A stretch of 64,000 nt of DNA, taken from contig OZ024741.1 of assembly GCA_964016885.1 (NCBI GenBank), forward strand, positions 57,226,001 to 57,290,000, in the 5' to 3' direction. A program made the position numbers and the translations under genes. The stretch comes from Eledone cirrhosa. Lineage: Eukaryota. Below, in pieces: positions 1 to 13,751 of this stretch; within the stretch, counting starts at the first letter, position 1, and every line of letters begins with the position of its first letter. The notes beneath the pieces are model-generated. The model ran no database searches and was not told the DNA's origin. It was given only the letters and a program-made list of their open reading frames with translations.

Positions 1-67
1 TAACCAATCATCCTTGTATCGAGTGCTCACCTGGGTGAACCTACAGTAACTTCGCGTTACACTCTCT

Positions 68-148
<81 letters not shown>

Positions 149-152
<4 letters not shown>

Positions 153-341
153 AAAAGAGTCAGAAACCCGACGGCTGAACTCCGGCCATTTCGACAGCTA
201 GATCAGTTCGGATCTAGCTGTCGAACGGCCGGATTCAGCCGTCGGGTTTCTGACTCTTTTCCTATTATCCACTCTACTACCCTAAGTATCGACTACTCTG
301 GTACGTTATGGTCCACCTGGTATTTTACCACACCTTCTTTG

Positions 342-343
<2 letters not shown>
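149..343 (+). mobile_element. TA-flanked non-coding hairpin-plus-tail element (family H, copy 1)
   Basis: Near-perfect inverted repeat 149-204/211-264 followed by an ~80 bp tail; (TA)n on both sides; homologous copy in opposite orientation at 39885-40085 and a single arm at 52580-52632. Confidence 0.75.
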
Positions 344-379
<36 letters not shown>

Positions 380-544
380 TCATCATCATCTATTAACGTC
401 CATCTTCCATGCTAGCATGGGTCAGACGGGTCCCATTTAGAGGCAAGTTTGGCTGGGTGACCGTGTCTTGCCATATATATATAGAGAGAGAGTGGGGGGG
501 GGTTTAGATGTATATGTATATATATATATACACATACACAAATA

Positions 545-851
545 CACATATCTATATGGTGTCACGCAGTAATACAGAAGAGGCGACTTCCCATGAGTAC
601 AAGCCGAAGCTGAAACATAGACAATATTTCCCCCACCCCCTCCCACTGTAAAGTGGTCATGTAGGCGCCACGGAAAAAAAGCACCCAGCACTCACTCTAA
701 ATAAGGTTGGTGTTCGGAAGGGCATCCAGCTGTAGAAATCAAGCCAGAATCAGTTCCTGTATGAGCAAGACAAGGTTAGCTGACCGGGCACTGCCCACAA
801 CAAGAAAACCTGTCTAACCCATGCTAGCGTGGAAGAATGGATGTAAAACAG

Positions 852-909
<58 letters not shown>
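545..909 (+). mobile_element. Non-autonomous RTE-derived repeat with (GAT)n tail
   Basis: Contains ggaagggcatccagctgtagaaa and ends acccatgctagcgtggaagaatggatgtaaaa...(gat)n; homologous to 22655-22888, 35763-36148 and 57930-58360. Confidence 0.75.
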
Positions 910-1088
910 ACACAGACATATATGCATACATATAGCATATGTGCGCTAGCAGCCGAAGTATACAGTAAAGTTATATCAGTATAAATAGAGTGGGTAACCG
1001 AGACTGCACCAATGTGTATATAAATATATATATATACACATATCAAAATGAAAATCCGAAGGCAAGGTAAAATTTCCAATCATTTTAA

Positions 1089-1162
1089 TCACGACACATG
1101 TTTCAATAAAAAATAGATCGATCGTGAAGCCATGATCGATTATCACTGATCTCGTCAGGTGA
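1089..1162 (-). ncRNA. Type I hammerhead ribozyme motif, long helix II
   Basis: Minus strand reads tcac-CTGACGA-gat...atcgatcatggcttcacgatcgat...att-GAAAC-ATGT-GTC-gtga: helix I tcac/gtga, intact core, GUC cleavage triplet, palindromic ACATGT in helix III. Confidence 0.7.
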
Positions 1163-1339
1163 AAATGAATTGTCTTCAAATTCTTGATATGAGGGAGAAA
1201 ATTAGCAATGTTCACTCACAGAGTTTATTCCCTCATATGAAGATCAAGCAGTCAAAACACGGCGACTGCTATCGTCCCCAGTTAAGGTCATAAAACTATC
1301 AAGTTTCTATATCCCAATAGTTGCAAAAGACGCTGGACA

Positions 1340-1555
1340 TCAATCAAATCTGTAGAATTACAGTCGGTCACAGTTAATGTGAGTGGGTACAGACACACTC
1401 AACACCCATACACACCGACTCGAGGTCAAAGAAAAAAAATATATACACATACCAACACAGCATCAGATCTGTAGAACTATAGACGGTCACAATTAGTGTG
1501 AGCGGGTACACACACACTCTCACACACACCGAAGCGATGTCAAAGAAAAAATAAT
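1340..1555. repeat. Diverged ~120 bp tandem duplication
   Basis: atc(a/g)atctgtagaa...ggtcac...gggtaca...cacaccga...tcaaagaaaaa occurs at ~1343-1440 and ~1462-1552. Confidence 0.65.
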
Positions 1556-2391
1556 AAATATAAGAATATACCAACATAGTATTCACCGAAAGTTAGTTTA
1601 CAAAACAACAAATGTTACATTGGTTAAATCTCAATTTAACGATGTAAATTGGAAATGTTGGGTCAACCGCAACCCCATACACAAGCAAGTAAGTTCAGTT
1701 CAGTGTTCTGCTATACGTGTATAGATTGAATTGTAACACCCGTATCTCCAAATAGTGTATGTTATGGTATATACACATCCGTATCGTCCAAAAAAGTGTA
1801 TGTCTAGGTATATACACATCCATGTGAAGAGCAAGCAATCAGCTCATATCGAACTCAGTATGTACCGCTGTCCCATTGAGAATCCAAGTCCCCAAATCCG
1901 TGCGTGCAAGCAACCGCTATGTAGGCCAGCAAGGGGCTCCGTGTAGGGTTGGGTATTTGGGTTAAGGTGTCAGTAAGTGCGATTTCCCATCCTATGGGCC
2001 TTTGGGCTTTTAAAATAAGTGTTTGAGTGGTGGAGGTGTGTTATCCAACACAAAAAGTAAAATAAAATAACAAAGAATAGCAAAACCCGGAGAATGTGTG
2101 TAGGCCCATTAACGGTGTGTAAGTATTATTGTCCAATCTGTAACCGTGAGCACTCCATGGTTAGATGATCACGGATCAAAACCTAGTGTAGTGTTCAATC
2201 GGTAGGAACGTGACCAGTCATAACTGTGGGAACTCAATGTCTAAAGAAAACGGGTACTGTGTGTAGAGTTATGCATAGAGAGCGTAATCGGTCTTAACTG
2301 AGAGTGTAATACGTCTAGCTATATCCCAACTGAGAGAACTCAATGGTTAGGGTATCCTAAAGTAATGGTAAATGCGCGTAATCGGTCTTGC

Positions 2392-2640
2392 CTGAGTGTG
2401 TAATCATTTTAACTATTTACTAACTAGGTATTCTGAGTGTGTAATCATTCTAACTATTTACTAACTATGTATTCTGAGTGTGTAATCATTTTAACTATTT
2501 ACTAACTAGGTATTCTGAGTGTGTAATCATTCTAACTATTTACTAACTATGTATTCTGAGTGTGTAATCATTCTAACTATTTACTAACTATGTATTCTGA
2601 GTGTGTAATCATTCTAACTATTTACTAACTAAGTATTCTA
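2392..2640. repeat. 41-bp minisatellite, ~6 units
   Basis: tattctgagtgtgtaatcattctaactatttactaactatg recurs at 2429, 2470, 2511, 2552, 2593 with no unique spacers. Confidence 0.9.
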
Positions 2641-3065
2641 AAGTGCACTCAGCTGTGAGAACTCTGTGGAAACAGGCCGATATATACCGATATATATACA
2701 CATATGTAGGTGCATAAGCATACCAGAAAATATGAATTCCCCTGTAAATTGAAAAAAAATCTGTATTTAATCCGATGTAACTTTATCATTATACATACAT
2801 ATATATATATATACATATATATACACACACAGATATATATAATTAATAATAAGTAGGGGCGAGGCGTCTAATTTTTATTAAGTTTATTCAGGTGTGACGT
2901 GCGTTTCGTGATTGATCAGCTCAAGGTTTTATCTCTCTATTCATACTTATTATTAATATTACATTCTGCTGAGTACAACCCCAAAATACATATTGGAGAC
3001 TATGTATCCAGTGCTCACTTTGGTGAACCAACAATATCTTCTTGTTACAATCTTTAAACTTTATA

Positions 3066-3103
<38 letters not shown>

Positions 3104-3116
3104 TCTCTCTCTCTCT

Positions 3117-4612
<1,496 letters not shown>

Positions 4613-6139
4613 CACATATATATGTATATGTGTGTGTATAATTTTGATTAATGCATGCATCCACACCGGTCAGTGCATACTTATGTATGAGCCTAAATAT
4701 GAAAACATTACTATTACTGTTTCTATTATTATTATTAGTTTTACTATTATTAATGCCTTCAGTATTTTTATGTTTAATCATTTTACTACTATTAATATTA
4801 TTTTCTGTATATGGCAGCTGGAAATTATTTGGCTATTCCAAAAAGAATATTAGTCTCCTGATTTTTTCATAGAAAGATTTGTTCTTCCCACTCCACATAA
4901 AGACGTAATTCTCCTTGCATATATTTCACTCATCTTAAGAAAACGTTCTCACACACTACGGTTATGTCTTCTTATTTTCTAGAGGCAATATTAGGTCATA
5001 ATCTTTTTTTTTAATATTTACTTTTGCATCTACGGATTGATTTTTCTCAGTTTCCGATGATCCCACTCATGGTGAAAGCAGACATTCATTGCTTCAACCT
5101 TTAATCTATACTAATATTATTTGCTCTACAGGTTTATATATACTTATATATATATACAACGCTTATAGAGTCCTCTTTGAATTTTGGTCTTTGTATTTAT
5201 TATTACTATATATATATGTATATATCTGTCTGTCTTTTTACCTACATAAATGACTACCAAACTATATATGTATCTATGCATCAACCGAGCTATCTTTTTT
5301 TTTTTTTGTTTGCTTGTTTTTTCTCTCACTTTGATTATATATTTTTCTGTGCATTATAAGGTTCTTAGCAATAATTAATTGATAACATTTTTAGAAGATA
5401 GTATTTTAGAAGAAGTTAATAGATGATATTATTATGTGTGTTGGGAATGTTAATGTTTGTATTTGTGTATTCTATCACAGAAGTCACCATTGAAGCAGTT
5501 AAAAGCAATGTTGTGGTAAATAGCATCATACAACTTTATAATGTTTTTAATATATAATTTATTTACAAACCGATTACAAAGGTTTAGCTGGCATGCCATA
5601 TGAAATGAATAGACAAATTAAGATGCTGTAAAAGAAGACGCGGTCCAGTGGCTGAAGTAAGGAGCCTGGCCGCGGTAAGTCCAGTAGCTACATTTTGGAA
5701 TGTTTGAGGAACGAAATCAAGAGGTATTGCCTTGACCGGGTCTAGATGCAAAGAGAAAGTTTATCGAAAAGAAGCGGAAATTTCTCCCTTTGGGCAGAAG
5801 TTGAGATACATTTCCCTACGCTGGTAGCGATTGGCTGAACTGAGCTCATCAACGCATAGAAGAAGGTATGAATGAGCCCTCGGAGAGTAGCTTGCTACAA
5901 TACCTCCCATTTAGTCTGAAAGACGATAAATAAGGTTGAATTAGTATTGATTACCAGCAGGAAAACGCTGAAAGAGAGCACATCAATGAAAAAATTGAAC
6001 AAAAGAATGCATGCAAGAAGAAAAATTGTAAGTGAGACGCTAAGGGCTTTGTTTTGCTATTTAAACGTGACCACCCGGGGTCTAACAGAAAACGGATAAA
6101 GTCTGACATGGACGAAAATTTGCTGTTCTTGCATTAAAT

Positions 6140-6362
6140 GTTAGTTGTTATGGTAATTGTTTTATCAGAGCTGTGTAGCTGTTATGGTAAATGTTGTACC
6201 AGAGCTGTGTAGCTGTTATGGCAAATGTAGTACCAGAGCTGTGTAGATGAAGCTGTTATGGTAAATGTTGTACCAGAGCTGTGTAGATGAAGCTGTTATG
6301 GTAAATGTTGTACCAGAGCTGTGTGGATGAAGCTGTTATGGTAGTTTACCAGTAGCTGTGTA
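6140..6362. repeat. 34-40 bp tandem repeat inside LTR element
   Basis: agctgttatggtaaatgttgtaccagagctgtgt(agatga) repeated ~6 times. Confidence 0.85.
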
Positions 6363-7686
6363 CGGGTGGGTATCTGCATTTGTCGATTGCTAATTCTGGT
6401 GAAGAGATATCCAACGACTCTAGGATGGCTGTTATACGGTCATAAGATGTGAGTCAATATTCGCAGGTGCTGGCAAGGAGTTGATGGGTAGGCGAGAAAT
6501 TGTCAGCCTCCCAGATGAATTGCCGAAAGTGCTGACAACCAGAAAAGATGACTAAAGTTGCTTTGAAAAGAAAGCAAGTTGGATCTGTAGGTGGGTAGTA
6601 GTTGAAGCTGTAATCCCGTAATTCTGGCGAACCCTTCGGAGAAACGGTGGGAACTGATGACAGGTCCAGTTCCGTGAATGCTTTCCCAGTGAATCGGGTA
6701 AAGTGACAAGATGGAGGTTTTTATGCTATAGGATGATGAGTGTGCAACGAGATGCGAAGGTGAGTGAATCCAGCTGCAATTAGCAATTCTCGTGTTGTGC
6801 TCCTGTGTGTGTCCAGGTGAATTAAGCTGCATGTGTTGATAGCATGTTTCGGTACCTCAACCAGGTGAAAAGGGATCTCGCAGAATATTACGACGTTTGA
6901 AAAACATATACTATAGACAACAACATGTTGGTGTGTGACAAAGAAATGTGTGTGCATATGCAGGCATGTAATACAGAAAAAGAAAATGTGTGCATGCAGT
7001 CGTATATACAATGATAGAAAAAAAATGAATGTTCATATAATACAGTTTAAAAGAAATAAATGTTCAAACATTGTTTTTTAACAAAAAGTTCAATTTTTCT
7101 TTTCTTTGAAATTTCTTTGGGATAAGAATGTTATCATTCTTACTAGGAAGCTAGTAGAGTTGTTGTTGGTGTAGCAGTGAAGATTTTCAAGTGTTGAATT
7201 CACCATTATGTGGTGAGAAGGCTGTTGTTGTTTTAACTCGGATCACCATTTGCAGTGAGAAGGTTGTTGTTGTTTCGAATCTCGAGTCACCGTTGTAGTA
7301 GATAATTGATGGTCACTAGTTGTAGCAGATAGAATGTAACACCAATGGTAGAGGATTGGTGTGGTGAGTTCCGTCGGTAAGGCTATAAGGCTGCCACATC
7401 GTTCTTCCCGTGTTTATAGTTAGTGGTTAACTGCTGCTGCTGAAAATTTTGTTGATGTTGATGGTAGCCATGTTGAAAGAAAAATTTTTCCGTGCTATAA
7501 TTTTTTAAAATACAGTTAATTTTTCCTCAAAGAATGTTTTCTTAGGCAGGGTTATCAACAAGAAAGTGTTTACATGGTGTGGTGATACAATACAATAAAA
7601 GAAAGCTGGCGTGTTGTTTTTCTTTCTTAAAATACTACTTCTACTTCTTTTTAAGAGGAATATTTAGTTCAAAAATGTTCCCGCGA

Positions 7687-7697
7687 CGGGGTCACCA
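7687..7697 (-). promoter_or_regulatory. Primer-binding site complementary to tRNA-Trp 3' end
   Basis: TGGTGACCCCG lies 1 nt inside the 5' LTR and matches the first 11 nt of the known tRNA-Trp PBS (TGGTGACCCCGACGTGAT). Confidence 0.75.
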
Positions 7698-8424
7698 ATT
7701 TAGAAGATAGTATTTTAGAAGAAGTTAATAGATGATATTATTATGTGTGTTGGGAATGTTAATGTTTTTATTTGTGTATTCTATCACAGAAGTCACCATT
7801 GAAGCAGTTAAAAGCAATGTTGTGGTAAATAGCATCATACAACTTTATAATGTTTTTAATATATAATTTATTTGCAAACCGATTACAAAGGTTTAGCTGG
7901 CATGCCATATGAAATGAATAGACAAATTAAGATGCTGTAAAAGAAGACGCGGTCCAGTGGCTGAAGTAAGGAGCCTGGCCGCGGTAAGTCCGGTAGCTAC
8001 ATTTTGGAATGTTTGAGGAACGAAATCACGAGGTATTACCTTGACGGGGTCTAGATGCAAAGAGAAAGTTTATCGAAAAGAAGTGGGAATTTTTACCTTT
8101 GGGCAGAAGTTGAGATACATTTCCCTACACTGGTAGCGATTGGCTGAACTGAGCCACACAATGCACGGAAGAAGGTATCAATGAGCCTTCGGAGAGTAGC
8201 TTGCTACAACATGTATGTACTTCTATTTAATATTATTTATGTGTTATATGCTAATAAACATCTTTCTCAGAAGAAAAATCAACAACAAAAATATTTTTAT
8301 CTGTATATGTATCTATCTATTTATGTTATTCGAACACAGAATTGGCAGGCCATTCCCAAACCAAATCTATTCTCTGTTTGTATTTGCTGTAATCCTGTTA
8401 TCTCATATAACTAATTATGCAATT

Positions 8425-8500
8425 GATACCTGATGAAATTGCCTAAGTCTTGCATCATGGCCGGATGATGAAACTGGGCCATTGAAATATGCATAGTGTT
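8425..8500 (+). ncRNA. Type I hammerhead ribozyme motif, long helix II
   Basis: gatac-CTGATGA-aattgccta...catcat ggccgg atgatg...tgggccatt-GAAA-TATGCA-TA-gtgtt; helix I gatac/gtgtt (with GU pairs); decayed sibling at 62974-63044(-). Confidence 0.6.
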
Positions 8501-8564
8501 TTTGCAGAATTAAAATTTTAAAGAAAGTTTCCAGTCTGGTCTTCTATTTTTTTTTTAATGAATA

Positions 8565-8882
8565 TCTATGTATCAACCTACTTACCTATCTATCTGCCTA
8601 CCTACCTACCTATCTATCTACCTACCTACCTACTTACCTATCTATCTGCCTGTCTCAATCTGGCCTTCTGGGTTGTTTTTTTTTATGAATATGTATCTAT
8701 CTATGCATATATGAATGTATGCATCTATCTATCTATCTACCTACCTACCTATCTATCTACCTACCTACCTATCTATCTACCTACCTACCTACCTATCTAT
8801 CTACCTACCTACCTATCTACCTACCTACCTATCTACCTACCTATCTATCTACCTACCTATCTATCTACCTCTATTTATCTCT
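8565..8882. repeat. (CTAT/CTAC)n tetranucleotide array
   Basis: Directly visible; abuts the 5' end of the Tx1-like LINE. Confidence 0.95.
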
Positions 8883-9102
8883 CTGGGATGGACACATGTG
8901 CTGAGCTCGCTCGGTAAGTTTCGTTTAAATTTATCTGGAAATTGTGAACTGTAAACTTTCATTTTCGTACCATTGTGTAGAGGGACTGCCAGGTCAAATT
9001 TTGATCTGGTCAGTCTATCAAAATATTCTACGCCTTTAGGCGAAATAGTGTTGTAAACATTTTATCTTTCGAAAAATTTCGAAAAATCCTATTTTGATCA
9101 AA

Positions 9103-10930
9103 ATGGCTGAAGCATTTTCACCAACAGTCAAAGGAAGAAAAGGGAAGTCATACTCACAGCTTCCCCCTGCCACTGTCACAGCAGCAGATGCCAGAGGAAG
9201 AATTTTCTTCACCTGTTGACCGACAACTTGATGTAGCCACAACTATACAAGAAACTGAAAACAACAACAACAAGGACAACAACAGCAACAATAAAGACAA
9301 CAACAACAACAACACAAACGTCACAAGTATCCACACACCAAACGAGAAAGACAACAACAACAAAGATGAAAACAACTCAAACGACGAGAAACAAAACAAT
9401 ACAAACACCAACAACGAAAACAAAATATCTTTTGCACAAACGGCTAAATTATCAGTCACTTATGTGCTTGAAGATATTTCAAAAGCCAAAGAAATACTGG
9501 AAAAAGCCAAAAAATATGTATCTTTTGGCGAAAACGGTTCGTTTTCTATCAATTCACCTCCAGAACTAAAAAAACAGACGGAATTACGAACTGTCGTATT
9601 CCGTACAATTTTAAATAAAACAAAAAAACCAGCACAACCATCTCAAGCTGAAATTCAGTTAGTACTGAAAGAAGCGATGAAAGACATCACTTTCATACAA
9701 AAGGATAAACTCTATGGGAGTTTATCCATATTGATGAAAGACGAATTGGCGGCGAAAAAATACTGTGTCGCCAATTCGTTCCACACACTACGCCTTCTTA
9801 CATGGGTAAAAAACCCCAGAGAATATGGATAACCACCATCACCCCAAACATAAACTACTGGTGGTTACTAACCGGTTTCCTCAATTTAGACGAGGACAAC
9901 CTCATTTCAATAGGGAAGGCATCCGGCGACGCGTTCAGTGGAACGAGTATCGAAGTTCTGACACAAATAAGGCCAGAATGTATCGCCCAAATCCCTGAGC
10001 GCGTCATGCTGGATGACCGTACCCACCTCAACATTATTGTGGAGGGTAGGCGTCCCTCCTGTTACCTCTGTGGCAATAGAGGTCACCTGAGGGCTGCCTG
10101 TCCCCAGCTCACACAGAAAAAAAACACTGCTACCAACACCAACACCACCCCAACAACAACAACAAAAACAACCACAACAACAACAAAAACCAACAACACC
10201 ACCACTACAACAACAACAACAACAACAACAAACATGTGAAAAAACAACACAGAATACTGTCCCACCCAACCCCTCCCCACCCAAAACAAATACAAAAACA
10301 CACACACCGCAAACACTACCAGAAAACATACCCCTCCCACCCAACAAGGAAGACGAACCCCTTTCGCCGCAAGACGAAAAAGATCCCTTCCAAACAGTAA
10401 AAAGAAAGAAGAGGAGGCGCACCACAGACACACTTGTTAACTTTAACCCTCCCCAAGAGAACACAAACTATATACAAACCACCCCTCCCCGTCACACAAC
10501 ACTAACTGCTACACAAAAAAAGACTTTACAATATACATACATGAACACAGACAACAAAGAACTAATGAAAACAATTTCATCAAACCCTTCGGTCCAAACT
10601 GAAGGGCCTAACTTTATAACTGCTGTGGGACTACCTCATTTAAAAATGATTAAAGTCCCAATGAACCTTTATAAAACACTGAAAATAAATTTCACGGAGG
10701 ACGTGGGCACCCCCTGCGCCAAACCAATCAACCGCGTGCTCCTAAAAAATTTCACCCACCCCCACCCCACCCAGACACCCACTCAACCACAAACGCCCCA
10801 ACCCCATAACACAATGATGCCCCTTCACTTCCACAAACCACCACCCCACCCAACAACCCATCCCCAACCTGCATGGAAATTGAGCGGTCCGCTTCCCGGG
10901 ACGCAGAGAGGTAAGTGCCTTTTCTCTTTA
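9103..10930 (+). pseudogene. LINE ORF1 (gag-like, zinc knuckle), frameshifted
   Basis: Overlapping ORFs 9188-9832, 9802-10239 (CYLCGNRGHLRAAC = CX2CX4HX4C) and 10541-10951 lie upstream of the endonuclease ORF. Confidence 0.75.
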
Positions 10931-10938
10931 CCACCAAC

Positions 10939-13448
10939 ATGGCTGTGCTAAGAGTAGGGTGTCTAAATGCGCGTGGCCTGGGCTCATCTTGGAAGCAAGC
11001 AATGCTTCTAAATGACCTCAGGTCACGATCTATAAATGTGATGGTTATCTGCGAGGCCCGGATCAGCAGCATGCGACAGCTAGCCCCCACCTTTGACGAC
11101 TTTGAGATGCACGCATCTCTCTGTCAGCCCGGAGGTGGGGGTGGGGTTGTCGTTCTGCTGCAAAAACATCTGGGTCTTGCCACACAGATAGTTCACTTGG
11201 ACCCAGGGGGGCGACTGGTGGTGCTGGACCTTGGCAGTGGTGAAGGTGGAGCCTTTAGGCTGGTAGCCGCATATGCCCCTTTTGGGACAGAGCGGCCCGA
11301 CTTTTTCCAGCGTCTGGAGTCTTTTCTAGGGACGTCCCGTTGCCTGCTTTTAGTGGGGGACTGGAATGGTATCCTGGATGCACGTTGGGACTATGCAGGG
11401 GCATGTCCCGATAGAGAGGGGTGCAACAGCCTCAAGGGGTTACTCGGCCGATTTGACCTGGCCGATAGATTTCGACTAGATTTTCCGACGGTGCCAACCT
11501 GGTCTTGGTCAAATCGCAGCGGATCATCTAGGTCATACCTAGATAGGTTTTTAGTTAGAAATAAGGACAGGGACTTTTTAAGTTGTCCAGAAATGCTCAT
11601 GGTTGGCTATTCAGACCACAAGTTGGTGACCTGCATGGTCAACCTTGATAGAACGCATAGACAGGGCCCCGGTTACTGGAAGCTCAACTTGTCCTTGCCA
11701 GCAAGTAGAGCTTACAGGGATCGGATTAGTACGTTAGTTAAGGAACGGTTGACTGGAGCGATCGTCAACAGCAGGTGGTGGGTATCTCTAAAGAGAGAGA
11801 TTAGAGTAGTCTCGATAGAATTTAGTAAGGTTCTAGCTGCGGATAGGAATAGGAAGGAAAGGGAGCTAATAGATAGAGTAGAAGCGGCAACGTGGCCAGA
11901 GTGCTAGCGTCGAGAACGGCTTTGAGCCAGTTTTTCGATGCGAAGCACGAAGGCTGCGTTGTCCGAAGTAAAATACGTGCTCTAGGGAACGAGGGGACCA
12001 AAGCTGTTAGCTGGGCCCGCGTGACAGAGGCCAAGAGTGGAACTAAATCCACCATCCGGTCTTTGCGAGACCAGGATGGACAGGCGATCCTTGAGCCTAG
12101 GCAGATGTGTGAGGCCTTTCAAAGGCACTTTGCCCGACTGTTCGGGAGGGGCGGGGAGCTGGTTGGGGATGTGGACTTCGGTCCATACCTCGACGGCCTG
12201 CCGTGTCTCTCGGACAGGGAGGCGAAGTCCTGCGAGGAGCCGATTTCGGCCGCTGAGATATAGAGGACGTGCTGAGCCAATGCGGCAAACGCAAATCCCA
12301 GGGTCTCGATGGTATTCCATACGAATTATATCTAGCTATGCCGGACTTGTTCCCCGATCTCCTCGAGGCGGTCTACTCAACTGGCGACAGAATGGGAGAA
12401 TTCCCTGTACTGTGACAAAGGGCGTAGTCACGCTAGTGAGGAAGGACGAGAACAAGGGGGACGAAATAAGTAACTGTCGTGGGCAACCTGGTGGGAGATG
12501 CGCAAACATGTGCTATCCCATCCAGGTCCATCCATGACAACCTCCACCTCATGCGATACATCATAGAGAGGGTTGGGAACGAACCCGGCTTTGGTGGGGC
12601 TCTGATCAACTTGGATCAATCTAAGGCGTTCGATAGGGTCGACCATGGTTACCTGGATGCGGTGCTAGCGGCGGCAGGCTTCGGACCCGTTTTCAGGGGC
12701 TGGATCACTGCTATGCACAGCAACCGCATCTGCTCTAGGGTCAAGGTGAACGGCTACCTCTCGGAGCCGTTCAAAATCGCGCGGTCCATCCGACAAGGCT
12801 GCAATCCTGGGTCAAGCAAAGACCGAGAAAACTGGGCGCCTGGCACACCTCGGAGAAGCCCTAGACATGGATGAGGACGAACTGGTCAGCCTGTTCGGTA
12901 GGACATTCAGCCCGGGACCTATGAACAACTTCCAGAAGTCCCTGGCCTGGCAGTGCTACCGAGGGGCTCTACCCGTGCGAGAAAAGCTCTACAGACACGG
13001 GCGCCCGAGTAGGGACCCCGCCAAAAAGATCTGTCCCAGATGCATGTGCGACGAGGAAATCATTGCACACGCATTGGTACACTGCTCGGGCGTAGCCGAT
13101 CTGTGGGGCTATGTCGAACAACTGCTCTCAAGGGTGGGACCGATCCGGTTGACCACCGAGTCTATTGTAATGATCAAGCCGCCTCCCCCCTTCAAAGATG
13201 AAGGAGAGGCGGTGTTTCTGTGCGTAATAGCCATGGTGAAAGAAGTCGTATGGTGGACGCGTCTGAAAGGACTGAGGTCAGGCACCTTTCTCTCTGGCCA
13301 ACAACTGGTCCGTTTCTTCCGATATCATTTCGGAAGAAGGATCAGGATGGAGAGAGAGGTGCTCCACCCCAGTGGTTTTTATGAAAGATGGGTGAAAGTG
13401 GCGAGAATGGCCCGTGTGAATGGGCCTTCTCTTTACATAAGCCTGTAG
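10939..13448 (+). pseudogene. LINE ORF2 (APE endonuclease + RT), disrupted
   Basis: MAVLRVGCLNARGL, ICEAR, LLVGDWN, SYLDRF, YSDHK, GYWKLN are APE motifs; frameshifts near 11895 and 12260; RT core deleted near 12800. Confidence 0.9.
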
Positions 13449-13751
13449 GTGGAAAAGAGGAAGGAACGAGGGAGCACCCCCTCTCTGTGCTCCTGAGGAG
13501 AAGGGTTGCACACTTTTTTCGGGGGGGAGGGGTGCGACCTCCCAAGGCGCCTCCTCTCTATTGAGGATTTTGTTATAAATTTTATTTTTTGTTATATTTT
13601 ATTTTATTTTTATATTTTGTTATTGCCTCCTCCTTATTGAGGACGCCTTTTTGTGTAAACTCCCTCTATATATGCCTTTTTGTGTAAACTCCCCCTATAT
13701 ATGCCTTTTTGTGTAAACTCTATGCCTTTTTGTGTAAACTCCCCCCTATCT

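Larger units (their letters stand above)
5390..8208 (-). mobile_element. Non-autonomous LTR retrotransposon (two 510-bp LTRs, non-coding interior)
   Basis: Direct repeats 5390-5899 and 7699-8208, starting TGTAG on the minus strand; PBS TGGTGACCCCG at 7687-7697(-); purine-rich tract aaatgggaggta before the 3' LTR; flanks acatt/acatg (4 of 5 match as TSD). Confidence 0.9.
8885..13750 (+). mobile_element. Near full-length L1/Tx1-type LINE, copy A (frameshifted, internally deleted)
   Basis: ORF1 fragments with CCHC knuckle; ORF2 with APE endonuclease, RT motifs (LDQSKAFDRVDH, SIRQGC) and C-terminal Cys-rich domain (CPRC...HALVHC). Confidence 0.92.

Noticed and set aside
2392-2640. Regular repeat resembling a CRISPR array
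   Set aside because: Head-to-tail 41-bp units with no unique spacers, no cas genes, eukaryotic context.
2890-2925. CTGATCA...GAAACGCACGTC (minus strand) as hammerhead
   Set aside because: Core mismatch, no helix II and no helix I; at best a remnant.
5055-5090. CCGATGA-tcccactcatggt-GAAA
   Set aside because: Core mutation and no convincing helix I or III; too weak to call.
6503-7011. ORFs inside the LTR element as gag
   Set aside because: No zinc knuckle, protease, RT or integrase motif recognisable.
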